A DNA stretch of 64,000 bases from Vulcanimicrobiota bacterium (GCA_963812135.1 CAWETU010000001.1:32001-96000), one strand, 5' to 3'. Shown: positions 50,133 through 60,669, numbered from the stretch's first letter. Notes: a model not told the origin generated them from the sequence alone. Made by a program: numbers and translations.

Positions 50133-52181
50133 TCATGTTCCGGCGTTGCGCGACCGCAGCCAGATCGTCCGATAGAGCCATTGCGCCGCGAACCCGATGA
50201 GTGCGCCGGCGACGACGCCGTTGAACAGGCGCAGCACGCTGACGATCAGCGCGGTGTGGATGTGCGAGAACGTGTCGAGCACGTCCGACAAACCGACGCC
50301 TGCCGCGATGATGATCAGCCAGCCTACCGCACGGCGGTGCGCCGGCAGCAGCACCGGCAGCAACATCAGCGCTGGATAGCCGATCAGGAATTCTTTGAAG
50401 CGCGGTCTCGCGCCGAGCAGCGTCGTGAGGAAACCGCGCAGATGTGTCTCGAACGTCGACACGCCGATGTCGGGCTGGTTGCCGGAGCGCATGAGGAGCA
50501 GCACTGCGCCGCCGGCGAGGATGAAGACGGCGAGCAATTGCCAGACCTTGACGGGCGCGGAGCCTGCTTCGCGCAGGCTGACCTTATTGCCGAACACGTT
50601 GGTGAACTCGTAGAGCAATAGCAACACGAGCGGCGGCACGACGAGCAGCGCCTTGACGCCGAAGAACTGCTGCACCTCGAGCATGAACGTCGCTTGTGCG
50701 AGCAGGCCGATCACGAACAGTCCGCCGAGCGCGGCGACGCCGACAGCGATCAACATGCAGCGCGCGCCTGCGGTGAATGAGCTCGCCAACGAACCACCCG
50801 AAGACTGATCGGACTTGAAGTAGCGCGCCATGGTGGTCCCAGCGAGCACCGCGAACGTCAGCGCGCCAGCAAGCGCCCACAGACGCCGCACGATGTCATC
50901 ATGGCCCAGCGCATGCGTGCCCCAAAACGCGGCCAGTGTGAACGCGTACGCGGCCCACGAGAACCAGGCGCGCGACAAGCCGTAGACGTCGAGCAGCAAC
51001 AAGAACGCCGCGGTGACACCGAGTGCGACGAGACAGAAAAGCACGTCCAACCAAAGGCCGCCGAAATCGACGAACGGCGTCGGCCGCCCAAGGAAGAAAC
51101 CGTTGGCGACGAGCCCTTCGCGCACGCGGTGGACCATCTCGAGATTGGTCTCTTGTGCCGTCAGCGTCTTGTAGCTACCGTCGGACTGCCGGACTTGAGC
51201 GAGATGCGGGAACGGACGCAGGTAGACGACCCGGATATTGCGCTCGCGCACGCCGAGGATGTAGCGCGCGACCACCGCGTCGAGATCGACTTTGTCGAGC
51301 TCCAGCCGCGAGATGGCTTGAACTCGGACCGTCAACCCGGGGATCTTGCGGCCGAGCGTGTCGCCGCCTTTTTGGAACTGCGACGGATCGTAGGCCTCGA
51401 CGTTGCCGAAGAGCGGATGGTATTGATCTTGATAGCGCCGGAAGGCGTCGGCGGTTCCGTCGAGGTTGTACGGAAAACCCAGCACCTCGTTGCGCAGCCC
51501 GAAGAAGATGACCGTGCCGATGGTGTCGCCCGCGAGCATCTGTCGGAAGACGACATCGATGTGGTCGGGGTCCAACCGTTCGTTGTTCTCGACGCGCGGA
51601 TCGATCAGCAGGCCGAGCGCGTGCGCCTGGTCGATGTTCTCCTGTGGGATCCCAAGGCCAAGATTATTGAAGTAGTCGATCTGCGTGCGCACTTCGAGCA
51701 ACGCGGGCAACGACGAGCGCAGCAAGCGAACAGTGTTCGGCTCGAGCTGGTTGCGCAGCACGAGCACGTAGCGCGCGAGCGTCGGCCGGTCGTAGACCAG
51801 AATGTAGACCGCGCCGGATTCAAGCCCGCGCGAGCGGACGAGCGACGCGAGGAGCGGGTCGGTGAGCGGCGAGGTGCGCGCCGCGTCGATGATCTGCTGC
51901 CCGGTCTGCGCATATGCGTGCTCGCCGAGGTTGATGCGGTTGCCGAGCTCCTCGTAGATGGCGAGCGAGGTCAGCCCCTGCGCCTTCAGGAGACGCAGCA
52001 GGCGGTCTTGATCGTACCCATAGGCGCTCGTGAAATCGGCGAAGTCCTGCTGGTCCATCGTGACTTCGACCCAGCGGCTCTTGTGTTCGTAGCGGAAGCG
52101 CACGCCGGCGGCGACGAGCGCCGCGAGCGCGCCGATGATGACAATACCAAGGGCCACGCGCCGCATGAGATCCACGCGCAT
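50133..52181 (-). CDS. DUF5693-like membrane protein (usual csaB neighbour)
   Basis: N-terminal TM, large external domain with V.ERNIRVVYLRP, C-terminal TMs with F.GVK, RSGN, RPRFKEFLIGYP, TFSHIHT. Confidence 0.75.
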   Translation of the reverse strand: MRVDLMRRVALGIVIIGALAALVAAGVRFRYEHKSRWVEVTMDQQDFADFTSAYGYDQDRLLRLLKAQGLTSLAIYEELGNRINLGEHAYAQTGQQIIDAARTSPLTDPLLASLVRSRGLESGAVYILVYDRPTLARYVLVLRNQLEPNTVRLLRSSLPALLEVRTQIDYFNNLGLGIPQENIDQAHALGLLIDPRVENNERLDPDHIDVVFRQMLAGDTIGTVIFFGLRNEVLGFPYNLDGTADAFRRYQDQYHPLFGNVEAYDPSQFQKGGDTLGRKIPGLTVRVQAISRLELDKVDLDAVVARYILGVRERNIRVVYLRPFPHLAQVRQSDGSYKTLTAQETNLEMVHRVREGLVANGFFLGRPTPFVDFGGLWLDVLFCLVALGVTAAFLLLLDVYGLSRAWFSWAAYAFTLAAFWGTHALGHDDIVRRLWALAGALTFAVLAGTTMARYFKSDQSSGGSLASSFTAGARCMLIAVGVAALGGLFVIGLLAQATFMLEVQQFFGVKALLVVPPLVLLLLYEFTNVFGNKVSLREAGSAPVKVWQLLAVFILAGGAVLLLMRSGNQPDIGVSTFETHLRGFLTTLLGARPRFKEFLIGYPALMLLPVLLPAHRRAVGWLIIIAAGVGLSDVLDTFSHIHTALIVSVLRLFNGVVAGALIGFAAQWLYRTIWLRSRNAGT

Positions 52182-52208
52182 GGCTCCCCTGGTTTGAGTT
52201 CGGACCGT

Positions 52209-52694
52209 TTATTGCCTGGTTTTGAGCCGCTCGGCCGCCTCGCGCAAGTTGCGAGCGGCGATGTCAAACGCGTTGGCGACCCAATCCATCGTCACGCTCG
52301 CGGCTTGTTCGCCTTTCTCCGTCGCGGTCTTCGCGAATTCCTCAGCACGCTCGCTGAAGCGGCCGCTGCGGAATTGATCCGCGACGTAGTCGCCCGGCCA
52401 TTGCCACGTGCCGTTGCGATATGCGGTCGCAAGCGCGTTGGCGCACGCTTCGGGGGTGCCTAGCGTCTCGAGATGGGCGCGCACGGTGTCGGCATCGACG
52501 ACCGTCGTGCCGGCGGCTTGGGCCTTCGACCAGGATGCGCTGAGGATGTCGTGATACAGCCGGTCGGCGACAGCCATGCGCGTGCTCGGCGCAAGCGGCA
52601 GCGCGGCGCGCATGCGGTCGACGTAGTCATTGATAAGCGCGGTGGCTTCAGGTGCAACAGTCATCATGTGGTTCCTTTCGCTCGGGTACTCCAT
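52209..52694 (-). CDS. Hypothetical protein with HAAS-like N-terminal helical domain
   Basis: I.DYV..MR.ALP...R..V...L..I.......LG.PE..A pattern. Amphipathic helical C-terminus, no TM. Confidence 0.5.
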   Translation of the reverse strand: MEYPSERNHMMTVAPEATALINDYVDRMRAALPLAPSTRMAVADRLYHDILSASWSKAQAAGTTVVDADTVRAHLETLGTPEACANALATAYRNGTWQWPGDYVADQFRSGRFSERAEEFAKTATEKGEQAASVTMDWVANAFDIAARNLREAAERLKTRQ

Positions 52695-52719
52695 CTACCA
52701 TCCGGGGTGCGGGAAGGTT

Positions 52720-53725
52720 TCAGAGCCGCGTCGTGAGCGACAACTCGACCCTGTTGCCCTGGAAATCGGGGATGTACGCCGCCCCGAGGTATTGGGCGAA
52801 ACTGCCCGACGCCGCGAGGGCGAGATTGTGATTCGTGTAGGTGAGCGCCGGCTGGAACTGCTGGCGGGTTTGCGTCTGGTAGCCGCCGACCAGGCTCGTC
52901 TGCGCCACGCCGGCATTGCCCGTCGCGGTCGCCTGGAAATGCTTGCCGAGCGGGAGCCGAATGATGGCTTGGAGCGCGCGCTCGTCTTCATGCTGATAAT
53001 TGTAGTAGCCCGCGAGCGCGAGGGGATAGATGAACGCATAGCCCGATTCGTTCACGAAACCGCCGAGCTCGACGTCGACAGCCGGGATGCCGAGGTCTTG
53101 CATCGCTCCGAAACCGACGAGCGAGTAGCGATTGCCGTCGCTGAAGTTGGTCACTCGTCCGCGGACATACGCCGACGTCGATTTGGAGGCCCAGCCCAGC
53201 TGGCCGACGAGATTGGACAGACGCTCGTTGACGCCGGCAGTGGTGATGAGATCGACCTGCGCGGATGGCGCGCCGTCGATGCCGGTCAGCGAGGCGATCG
53301 CCTCGTAGCGGAAGTGGCGCAGTGCCCCGAGCACGTCGAGCGAGCCATTGAATTGCTGCGAGGAATCGCCGAATTGCGAGTTGAGCGCGCGGACGCGCAC
53401 CTGGATCGCGTCCGGATCTCCGATGACCGCACTCGCGCCGATGCGGTCATCGCTGACAATTCCGCCAGGATCGGCCAGGACGTAGCGTTCGGCGATGAGG
53501 CCGTATTGCGAGGTGCTGTTGACATGCCAGCGCGCGTCGATCCCCGAGAGGTGCCACGTCTGGCCGTTGCCCCATCCGAATTGGTAGAAGACGACGCCAT
53601 CGGGAAAGCGGTCGTCGTGGGCGGCGGCGAGGACATCATCGCCGGGCGACGGACTTTGGTCGGCCCACGCCATCTCGTGCGCACAGCACGACGAGCAACG
53701 CGAGTGCGAGCGTGGCGAGGCTCAC
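52720..53725 (-). CDS. Putative outer-membrane beta-barrel protein (signal peptide in another frame; frameshift near 53676)
   Basis: Alternating beta-strand pattern ending RVELSLTTRL. The upstream frame gives the signal-like VSLATLALALLVVLCA just before AWA-DQ. Confidence 0.5.
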
Positions 53726-53783
53726 CGCAGACGTGCGGTGAAGAGACTGTTCCCCGGAAAGCCGTACGTAAGGACGCTCTGTC

Positions 53784-53791
53784 ATTATACT
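53784..53791. promoter_or_regulatory. Overlapping back-to-back -10 hexamers (candidate bidirectional promoter)
   Basis: ATTATACT reads TATACT on + and TATAAT on -, between two divergent genes. Confidence 0.4.
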
Positions 53792-53833
53792 GTTCGTTGC
53801 ACTTGGTTCTCAGGCGCGGAAGACGCGACGGCG

Positions 53834-54742
53834 ATGAGCGCGCCGGCGTCTCCGCTCAATGTCAACGTCGCCTGCTTGGCCTGCGACGGAAGCCGGCCCT
53901 GCGCGGAGTGCCGCGCCGCGGGTCGGACGCTCGCCGCGTCTGGCCACCGCGTCCATTATTCGTCGCGCTATGCGGCGCTGCGCGCCGCGGCCGATGGAAC
54001 CTACGGATTTCCGGCGTGCGTCGTACCGGTGCGCGCGCACGAACGCAGCATCTCGGATTCGATCATCTCGCTACTCGGCGATGCCCAGGTCGCGATCGCC
54101 GCGGAGGATCCGGCGGCGTTCGAGCGCCCGCTGCCGTCGAACGTGCTCGTGTTTCCGAGAAGCGATTATCTCGCCGGCACGCTCCCCAGCGGTTGGCCTC
54201 GCGATCCGGATCGCCACGCCGTTCGCGAACGCGTAAACGTAGCACCCGAGCGAAACGCAAATGTAGGACCCGAGCGCAGCTCGGGTGGTCGACCGAGCGC
54301 AGCGCGCTCGTCGGTCCCTCGCCACAAGGACGACGCAACGCGACGCTTGCGAGCGGTGGCGCAACCGCAACGCGCGCTTCTCACGGATGCTGCCGCGCTG
54401 CTCAACGATGAACTCGCCTGGTATCGGGCGAGCGGCGTCGGTTTCGCCGTGATGGCTTTCTCCGTCGCCGGCGAGGCGGCAGATACGACGGCGCAAACGT
54501 TGACTGCAGCCGCGCGTGCCGGCGATGCGATTCGCGTCACCGACTATGGATGTGTCGCGATCCTCACCGGCGCCGACGCCGCGATAGCAAAACGCATCGG
54601 TGCGCGCCTTTCCGCCTCGTTGCGCAAGCGCACCGGGGCGGCGCGCGCTAAAGTTTCAACGGGTGTCGCGCTGTGCCCCGACGACGGCGCCACCGCGAAC
54701 GCGCTGCTTGCAGCCGCCCACGAGCGACTCCGCGCCCGTTAG
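53834..54742 (+). CDS. Protein with Cys-rich N-terminal domain and degenerate C-terminal GGDEF-like domain
   Basis: C-terminus L..EL...R.....FAV....R.GD....VAIL....VSTGVALCPDDG.TA..LL.AA..RL follows the GGDEF fold pattern but lacks GGDEF. N-terminal CLAC...CAEC. Confidence 0.55.
   Translation: MSAPASPLNVNVACLACDGSRPCAECRAAGRTLAASGHRVHYSSRYAALRAAADGTYGFPACVVPVRAHERSISDSIISLLGDAQVAIAAEDPAAFERPLPSNVLVFPRSDYLAGTLPSGWPRDPDRHAVRERVNVAPERNANVGPERSSGGRPSAARSSVPRHKDDATRRLRAVAQPQRALLTDAAALLNDELAWYRASGVGFAVMAFSVAGEAADTTAQTLTAAARAGDAIRVTDYGCVAILTGADAAIAKRIGARLSASLRKRTGAARAKVSTGVALCPDDGATANALLAAAHERLRAR
54227..54318. repeat. REP-like elements inside the GGDEF-like gene
   Basis: GTAG-G-ACCCGAGC-GCA-GCTCGGGT (54263-54286), a partial upstream copy GTAGCACCCGAGCG (54239-54252) and a partner hairpin CGAGCGC-AGC-GCGCTCG (54294-54310). 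Confidence 0.6.
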
Positions 54743-54743
54743 A

Positions 54744-56262
54744 TCAACGTACGGTCGGATCGATCGCCGTTGGTTCAGGCGCATCCGCCTGCTGCACGCG
54801 TAGCAGGCTATGACGATAGCCGTAGATCGCGTAGATAACTATTCCGACGGCGAACCATAGGACGAATCGCCACCATGTTGACGGGGGCAGTGCACTGCAT
54901 CATCCAAATGCACGCGACTACACCCAGTCCGGCGGTGATAAGTCCGAGCGGAGCTTTGAACGGACGATGTGCATGCGGTGCGACAAAGCGGAGAATGAAG
55001 ACGCCGGCGCAGACGATCACGAAAGCTGACAGCGTACCTATGTTGACGAGTTTTAGAAGTGCGTCTATTGGAACAATCAGTGCCAATATTGCGACCACTA
55101 CACCGGTGATCATCGTCATACGGGCGGGCGTGCGGAAACGGGGATGGATTTTCGCTACCCCCGGCGGCAGCATCCGATCACGCGCCATGACGTAAAAAAT
55201 CCGAACCTGTCCAAGCAGCGACGTCAGCATCACACTGATGTTGCCAACGATTCCTCCCCACGTCACGACGCCGATGAACAGCTTGTTACTCGGATGCGCC
55301 AACGCGGCGGCCTGGCCGAGTGCGGCATTGGAGTCCATGTGCTGCCATGGAACGACGCCGACGGTGATGATTGCGAGAGTCATATAGAGGAGGCCGCCGA
55401 TAATGAGCGAGCCGATGATGCCGATCGGAAGATCACGCTGTGGATTATTAGATTCCTCCGCAGCCACAGTTACTGTGTCGAAGCCGATATAAGCAAAAAA
55501 CACGAGCGCCGCACTTGCGGGGATGCTACTAAACCCCATGGGCAGCAGCGGCGTGAAGTTCTCCGATCGTACGGCGCCTACGCAGCCGATGATAAAGACG
55601 ATAAACGCAAGAATTTGCAGCAAGACAAAGGCGGTATTGGTGAATGCGGACTCGCGAATTCCAATGGCCAGGAGACCACTCACCAAGAGAACCACGACGG
55701 CCGCCATGATGTCATATTGTGAAGTGAGGAGATTGACCGAAGTGATCCAGTTGAACTGGATCGGACCCCAATGAATGGGCATCGTCGTGGCGTCGAGGTG
55801 CGCCGTTTGAGCCCATGCGGGAATCGAAACTCCGAAAATGTGCAAGAAGTCCTTCGCGTAGCCGGAAAGCGACGAAGCCACTGGCGCGGCGCTGATGCCA
55901 TATTCGAGAATCAGATCCCATCCGATTACCCATGCTACGAATTCGCCCAACGTGGCGTACGCGTAGGTGTACGCGCTGCCCGCGACAGGTACCATCGAGG
56001 CAAACTCGGCGTAACAAAGCGCAACAAAAATGCAAGAAACACCAGAAAGCAGGAAACCAAGCACGACGCCTGGCCCTGCAACCTGCGCCCCAACTCCCAT
56101 CGAGGTGAACACACCACCGAGCATCGTTCCGAGACCGATTGCGACGAGAGAAGGCCAACCAAGCACGCGCCGAAGCGTAGGTCCTTCTGTCTCCGGGCGG
56201 ACACGCGAAAGCGGCTGAACCGCTGTCAGCCGCTTGAGGACCGCGTATAAGTCTACTTTCAA
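54744..56262 (-). CDS. APC family amino acid/polyamine permease (frameshift near 54893)
   Basis: GTMLGGVF, GPGV, CYAEFAS.VP.AGSAYTY, FFAYIGFD, RI.Y.MARD..LP. Last TM (LPPSTWWRFVLWFAVGIVIYAIYGYRHS) is in the shifted frame, ending at TGA 54744. Confidence 0.9.
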
Positions 56263-56269
56263 CCCAGCA

Positions 56270-57709
56270 CTATCGGTATTTGACGACAAGCGTCTTGAGA
56301 TCGGTCATCTCCTCCATGGCATAGCGGACGCCCTCGCGCCCGAAACCGCTGTCTTTGACGCCGCCGTAGGCGAAGTTGTCGACGCGCAGCGTCGGATAAT
56401 CGCCCACGATCACGCCGCCGACCTGTAGCTCTTCGAACGCCTTCGCGACGATGCGGACGTCGAACGTGAACACGCCAGCTTGCAGGCCGTAGCGGGTCTC
56501 GTTGACGCGCGCGAACGCTTCGTCGATCGAATCGACCGGCGTCAGCGTCGCGACTGGGCCGAACACCTCTTCGCTTTCGACCTTCATGGCGGGCTTCGTG
56601 CCGGTGAGGATCGTGGGTTCGATGATGTTGCCGCGACGAACGCCGCCCGCGACGACGGTCGCGCCTTCTTTCACCGCTTCGCCAATCCACGACTCGATCC
56701 GGTCGGCGTTGGCGGTGTCGATCAGCGGCCCGACGACGGTCGTTCCTTGCGCGGGATCGCCGACGCCGAGCGCTTTGGTCTCCTTGCGATACAATTCCGC
56801 GAAGCGATCGTACACGTCGCGCTCGACGAGGATGCGCTGCACCTTGATGCAGACCTGACCGGACTGCGCGAACGAACCCAGCGCGCAGCGTTTGGCGGCC
56901 CACTCGAGATCGGCGTCCTTGGCGACGACAGCTGCCGCGTTGCCGCCGAGCTCGAGCACGACTTTTTTCTTGCCCGCGATGCTCTTGAGATGCCAGCCGG
57001 CCCGCGCAGACCCGGTGAAGGACAGCATCGCGATCCGCTCGTCTGTCGCAAGCCGCTCGGCAACGGGGATCGGCGCGTGCACGACCGAGAGCGCGTCCGG
57101 CGGCAGACCTGCATCGTAACACGCGTCGGCCAGCATCAGCGCCGACAGCGGCGCTTGCGGCGGCGGCTTGAGGACGACCGTATTGCCGACGGCGAACGCC
57201 GGAGCCAGCTTGTGGGCGACCAGATTGAGCGGGAAGTTGAACGGGGCGATAGCCGCCACGACGCCGATCGGGAAGCGCTGCACGATCGACGTGTAGCCGA
57301 CGGTGCCCGCTGACAGGTCCAGCGGCAGCACCTCGCCGCCGGTGCGCGTCGATTCTTCCGCTGCGAGCGTGAACGTGGTGATCGCGCGATCGACCTCGAC
57401 GCCGCTGTAGGTTCGCGGCTTGCCCGATTCGGCGATCATCAGATCGATGAACGCATCGCGCCGTTCGCGCAATCGCGACGCTACGCCCAGCAACAGCTCT
57501 TTGCGTTTGTAGCGCGGCCAGCTCCTGAACCCGGCGAACGCTCGCACGGCGGCGGCAATCGCGTCGTCGAGATCCTTCGCGGTCGCGACGCCGATCGTCG
57601 CCACTGTTGACCCGTCGTATGGGTTGACGACCGGCTCGGCGCTGTCGGTTGGCCGTCGTTCGCCCGCGATCGGCAGCGGATAGTGCTTGACGCCCGTCGT
57701 GGTCGCCAT
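56270..57709 (-). CDS. Aldehyde dehydrogenase (ALDH21-like, candidate succinate-semialdehyde dehydrogenase)
   Basis: PFNFPLNL..HK.APA, FTGS, LELGGN, GQVCI, EEVFGP, YGLQAGVF, YGGVKDSG.GREG. Confidence 0.85.
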   Translation of the reverse strand: MATTTGVKHYPLPIAGERRPTDSAEPVVNPYDGSTVATIGVATAKDLDDAIAAAVRAFAGFRSWPRYKRKELLLGVASRLRERRDAFIDLMIAESGKPRTYSGVEVDRAITTFTLAAEESTRTGGEVLPLDLSAGTVGYTSIVQRFPIGVVAAIAPFNFPLNLVAHKLAPAFAVGNTVVLKPPPQAPLSALMLADACYDAGLPPDALSVVHAPIPVAERLATDERIAMLSFTGSARAGWHLKSIAGKKKVVLELGGNAAAVVAKDADLEWAAKRCALGSFAQSGQVCIKVQRILVERDVYDRFAELYRKETKALGVGDPAQGTTVVGPLIDTANADRIESWIGEAVKEGATVVAGGVRRGNIIEPTILTGTKPAMKVESEEVFGPVATLTPVDSIDEAFARVNETRYGLQAGVFTFDVRIVAKAFEELQVGGVIVGDYPTLRVDNFAYGGVKDSGFGREGVRYAMEEMTDLKTLVVKYR

Positions 57710-57717
57710 CTGCGTCC

Positions 57718-59238
57718 TTACTTGTCCGCGAACCAGCCGCTCGGCTCGACCGCGAGATTGACGTTGATCTGCTTCACTTCGGTATACGCATCATACCCAT
57801 ACGTGCCGAGCTCGCGTCCGATGCCCGATTGCTTGTAGCCGCCCCATGGCGCTTCATTATATGTAGGATGATACGTGTTGATCCAGGTGATGCCGGCGCG
57901 CAGCTTTCGGATGACGCGATGCGCCTTGGCGATATCGTTGGTGAACACGGCGCCGGCCAAACCGTACACCGTATCGTTGGCGAGCTTGACCGCTTCGGCT
58001 TCATCCTTGAAACGCTGCACCACGAGCACCGGTCCGAAGATCTCTTCCTGAACGATGCGCATGTCCGGCCGGGTGTTCGTGAAGATCGTCGGCTCGACGT
58101 AGTTCCCTTTCGTGCCCAGCTCGCCGGGCGGGCGCTTGCCGCCGGTCGCCAACGTCGCGCCTTCCTCAACGCCCGTCTTGATGTAGGCTTCGACTTTCTC
58201 TTGATGCGCGCGGCTGATGAGCGGCCCCATTTCGGTCTTCTCATCGAAGCCGTCGCCGACGGCGATCTTGCGCGCGCGCTCGACCAAACGCTGCACGAAC
58301 TTGTCGTGGATCGAGTCTTGCACGAGCAACCGAGAACCGGCCGAACAGACTTGCCCCGCGTTCGCGAAGATGCCGAACAGCGCATAATCCACTGCTGTGT
58401 CGAAATCCGCGTCCGCGAACACGATGTTCGGGGACTTGCCGCCTAGTTCGAGCGAGATCTTCTTGAGATTGCCGGTGGCGGCTTGCATGATCGAGCGGCC
58501 CGTCTTGGTGCCACCGGTGAACGCGACTTTGTCGACGTCCGAGCTCTCGGCGATCGCAGCGCCGACGATCGGACCCGCGCCGAGCACGATGTTCACGACG
58601 CCTTTGGGGAATCCGAGCTCGTCGATGAACGTGGCCAGCCGCAATACGGTGAGCGGCGTCAGCTCGGACGGCTTGAGAACGCAGGTGTTGCCCGCGGCAA
58701 GCGCGGGAGCCAACTTCCAAGCGGACATCAACAGCGGATAGTTCCAGGGGATGATCTGTCCGCACACGCCGATCGGCTCGCGCACGACCATCGTCTGCGA
58801 CGCGGCCGGCACGTCGAACGTCTGACCCTGGGGTTTGGTGGCAAGGCCAGCATAGTAACGAAAACAATTGGCGGCGTCGACGACGTCGTACATCGTCTCG
58901 CGCAACGGTTTACCGTTGTTGAGCGTCTCCATTCGCGACAGCTCCGTCGCGTGCTCGTCGAGCTTGTCGGCGAGCTTGAACAGCAGCTTCGCGCGGTCTT
59001 GCGCGCCCGTGTCGCGCCACGGGCCATTGTCGAATGCTTCTCGCGCAGCGGCGATCGCCGCCTGCGCGTCTTTCTTCGACCCCTCGGCGACTTTCGCGAC
59101 GACCTCTCCGTTGCCCGGATTGACGAGCTCGCGCACGCCGCCTTCAGATGCCGGAACGAATTTTCCGTTGATGTACATCAGATAGACGCCGTCTGCCGTC
59201 TTGAGGTTCTTGAGCAGGTCCTCGGACACCGCGAGCAT
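57718..59238 (-). CDS. Aldehyde dehydrogenase, betaine/amino-aldehyde type (candidate 4-aminobutanal dehydrogenase)
   Basis: PWNYPLL..WK.APALAAGN, FTGG, LELGGKSP, NAGQVCSAGSR, PWGGYKQSGIGRELG. Confidence 0.88.
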   Translation of the reverse strand: MLAVSEDLLKNLKTADGVYLMYINGKFVPASEGGVRELVNPGNGEVVAKVAEGSKKDAQAAIAAAREAFDNGPWRDTGAQDRAKLLFKLADKLDEHATELSRMETLNNGKPLRETMYDVVDAANCFRYYAGLATKPQGQTFDVPAASQTMVVREPIGVCGQIIPWNYPLLMSAWKLAPALAAGNTCVLKPSELTPLTVLRLATFIDELGFPKGVVNIVLGAGPIVGAAIAESSDVDKVAFTGGTKTGRSIMQAATGNLKKISLELGGKSPNIVFADADFDTAVDYALFGIFANAGQVCSAGSRLLVQDSIHDKFVQRLVERARKIAVGDGFDEKTEMGPLISRAHQEKVEAYIKTGVEEGATLATGGKRPPGELGTKGNYVEPTIFTNTRPDMRIVQEEIFGPVLVVQRFKDEAEAVKLANDTVYGLAGAVFTNDIAKAHRVIRKLRAGITWINTYHPTYNEAPWGGYKQSGIGRELGTYGYDAYTEVKQINVNLAVEPSGWFADK

Positions 59239-59253
59239 GTTCTTACCTTTCCT

Positions 59254-60669
59254 TTATGCGGGCACCGCAGCGCGACTCACCGCGTCGAGCGATTCTTCCA
59301 GCGCCTTGCAGACGTAGTCCGCCTGCTCCTCGGTGATCGTCAGCGGCGGTTCGACGCGCACCACGAGCGCGTTCACCAGCGTGCCGGCCACGAGCACGCC
59401 GCGAGCGAGCATCTCCTTGCCGAACGCGAAACCGAGCTCGTTGCTCGCGAACTCCAGCGCCATCAGTAGTCCTCGGCCGCGGATGTCGAGGACGATATCG
59501 CGGTGTCGTTGCGCTCCCCGCATCATCCCCCCGAGCATCCGTTGGCCCATGCGCGCGGCCCGTTCGGGCAGCTTGTCTTCGATCAGCACGTTGATGGTCG
59601 CCAGCGCCGCAGCGCAAGCCAGCGGATTTCCGCCAAACGTCGTCGTGTGCAGGAACGGGTTGTTGAACAGGCGCGAGAACACGGCCTTCGTGCCGATGAC
59701 CGCGCCCGCCGGAATCACTCCGCCGCCGAACGCCTTGGCCAAACACATCAGATCAGGCGCCACGCCGTACTGCTCGCAGCAGAACATCGTGCCCGTGCGT
59801 CCCATGCCGGTCTGGACTTCATCCAGGATCAGCAGCGCGCCGTACTCGTCGCACAGGGCGCGGACACCCGGCAGGTACTCGTCGTCCGGGATGTTCACGC
59901 CGCCTTCGCCTTGGATCGGCTCGAGGATGACCGCGCCGACTTCTTCGCCCACCATCTTGAGCGTGTGCATGCGCCGGCGCAACTCGACCAAGTCGTTGAA
60001 CGGCACGTGCTCGATGTTCGGCAGCATCGCGCCGAACGGCCGGCGGAACTCGCCCTTCGCGCTCGCCGACAGCGCGCCGTAGCTTTTGCCGTGGAAGCCT
60101 TTCGTGGCGCCGATGATCGTCTGCTTGGTCGGGTCGTACGCGCGCGCGAGTTTGAGCGCCGCCTCGATCGCTTCGGTGCCGCTGTTGCAGAAGAACGCGT
60201 ATTCAAGATCGCCAGGCGTGAGCAGCGCGAGCGTCTTCGCGAGCATCGCGCGTAGCGGGTCGAGCAGATCCTGGCTGTGCAGCGGCTGGCGGCGCAATTG
60301 ATCGCGGACCGCTTTGACCACTCTCGGATTGCTGTGACCGACGTTGAAGATCCCGAAGCCACCAAGACAATCGATGTACTCCTTGCCGTTGACGTCGCGA
60401 TAGGCGTTTAGCCCCGCGTCCGACCACTCGACTGCCGCGACCGCATGCTCGACCGTCGTCGCTTTGCGGTACTCGAGAAAACCAGGATTGACGTGATCGC
60501 GGAATCCGTCGACCGTTTCTTTGGTGATCCAGGCGGCATCCGCCGCGGTGATCTCGTCCTTCTCGATCAGCTCCAAGACTTTTTTCGCATAGGCATTGGC
60601 CTGCGCGAGGTTTTGCTTTGCGATTTTAACGTACTCCTTCGGCCGAATAAATTCGGCCGCTACATTCAT
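59254..60669 (-). CDS. patA: Putrescine aminotransferase
   Basis: F..HVNPGFLEYRK, IDCLGGFGIFNVGH, QPLHSQ.LLDPLRAMLAKTLA.LTPG.L, NSGTE, EPIQGEGGV, DEVQTGMGRTG, AKAFGGG, NPFLHTTTFGGNP. Closely follows E. coli PatA/YgjG motifs. Confidence 0.9.
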   Translation of the reverse strand: MNVAAEFIRPKEYVKIAKQNLAQANAYAKKVLELIEKDEITAADAAWITKETVDGFRDHVNPGFLEYRKATTVEHAVAAVEWSDAGLNAYRDVNGKEYIDCLGGFGIFNVGHSNPRVVKAVRDQLRRQPLHSQDLLDPLRAMLAKTLALLTPGDLEYAFFCNSGTEAIEAALKLARAYDPTKQTIIGATKGFHGKSYGALSASAKGEFRRPFGAMLPNIEHVPFNDLVELRRRMHTLKMVGEEVGAVILEPIQGEGGVNIPDDEYLPGVRALCDEYGALLILDEVQTGMGRTGTMFCCEQYGVAPDLMCLAKAFGGGVIPAGAVIGTKAVFSRLFNNPFLHTTTFGGNPLACAAALATINVLIEDKLPERAARMGQRMLGGMMRGAQRHRDIVLDIRGRGLLMALEFASNELGFAFGKEMLARGVLVAGTLVNALVVRVEPPLTITEEQADYVCKALEESLDAVSRAAVPA

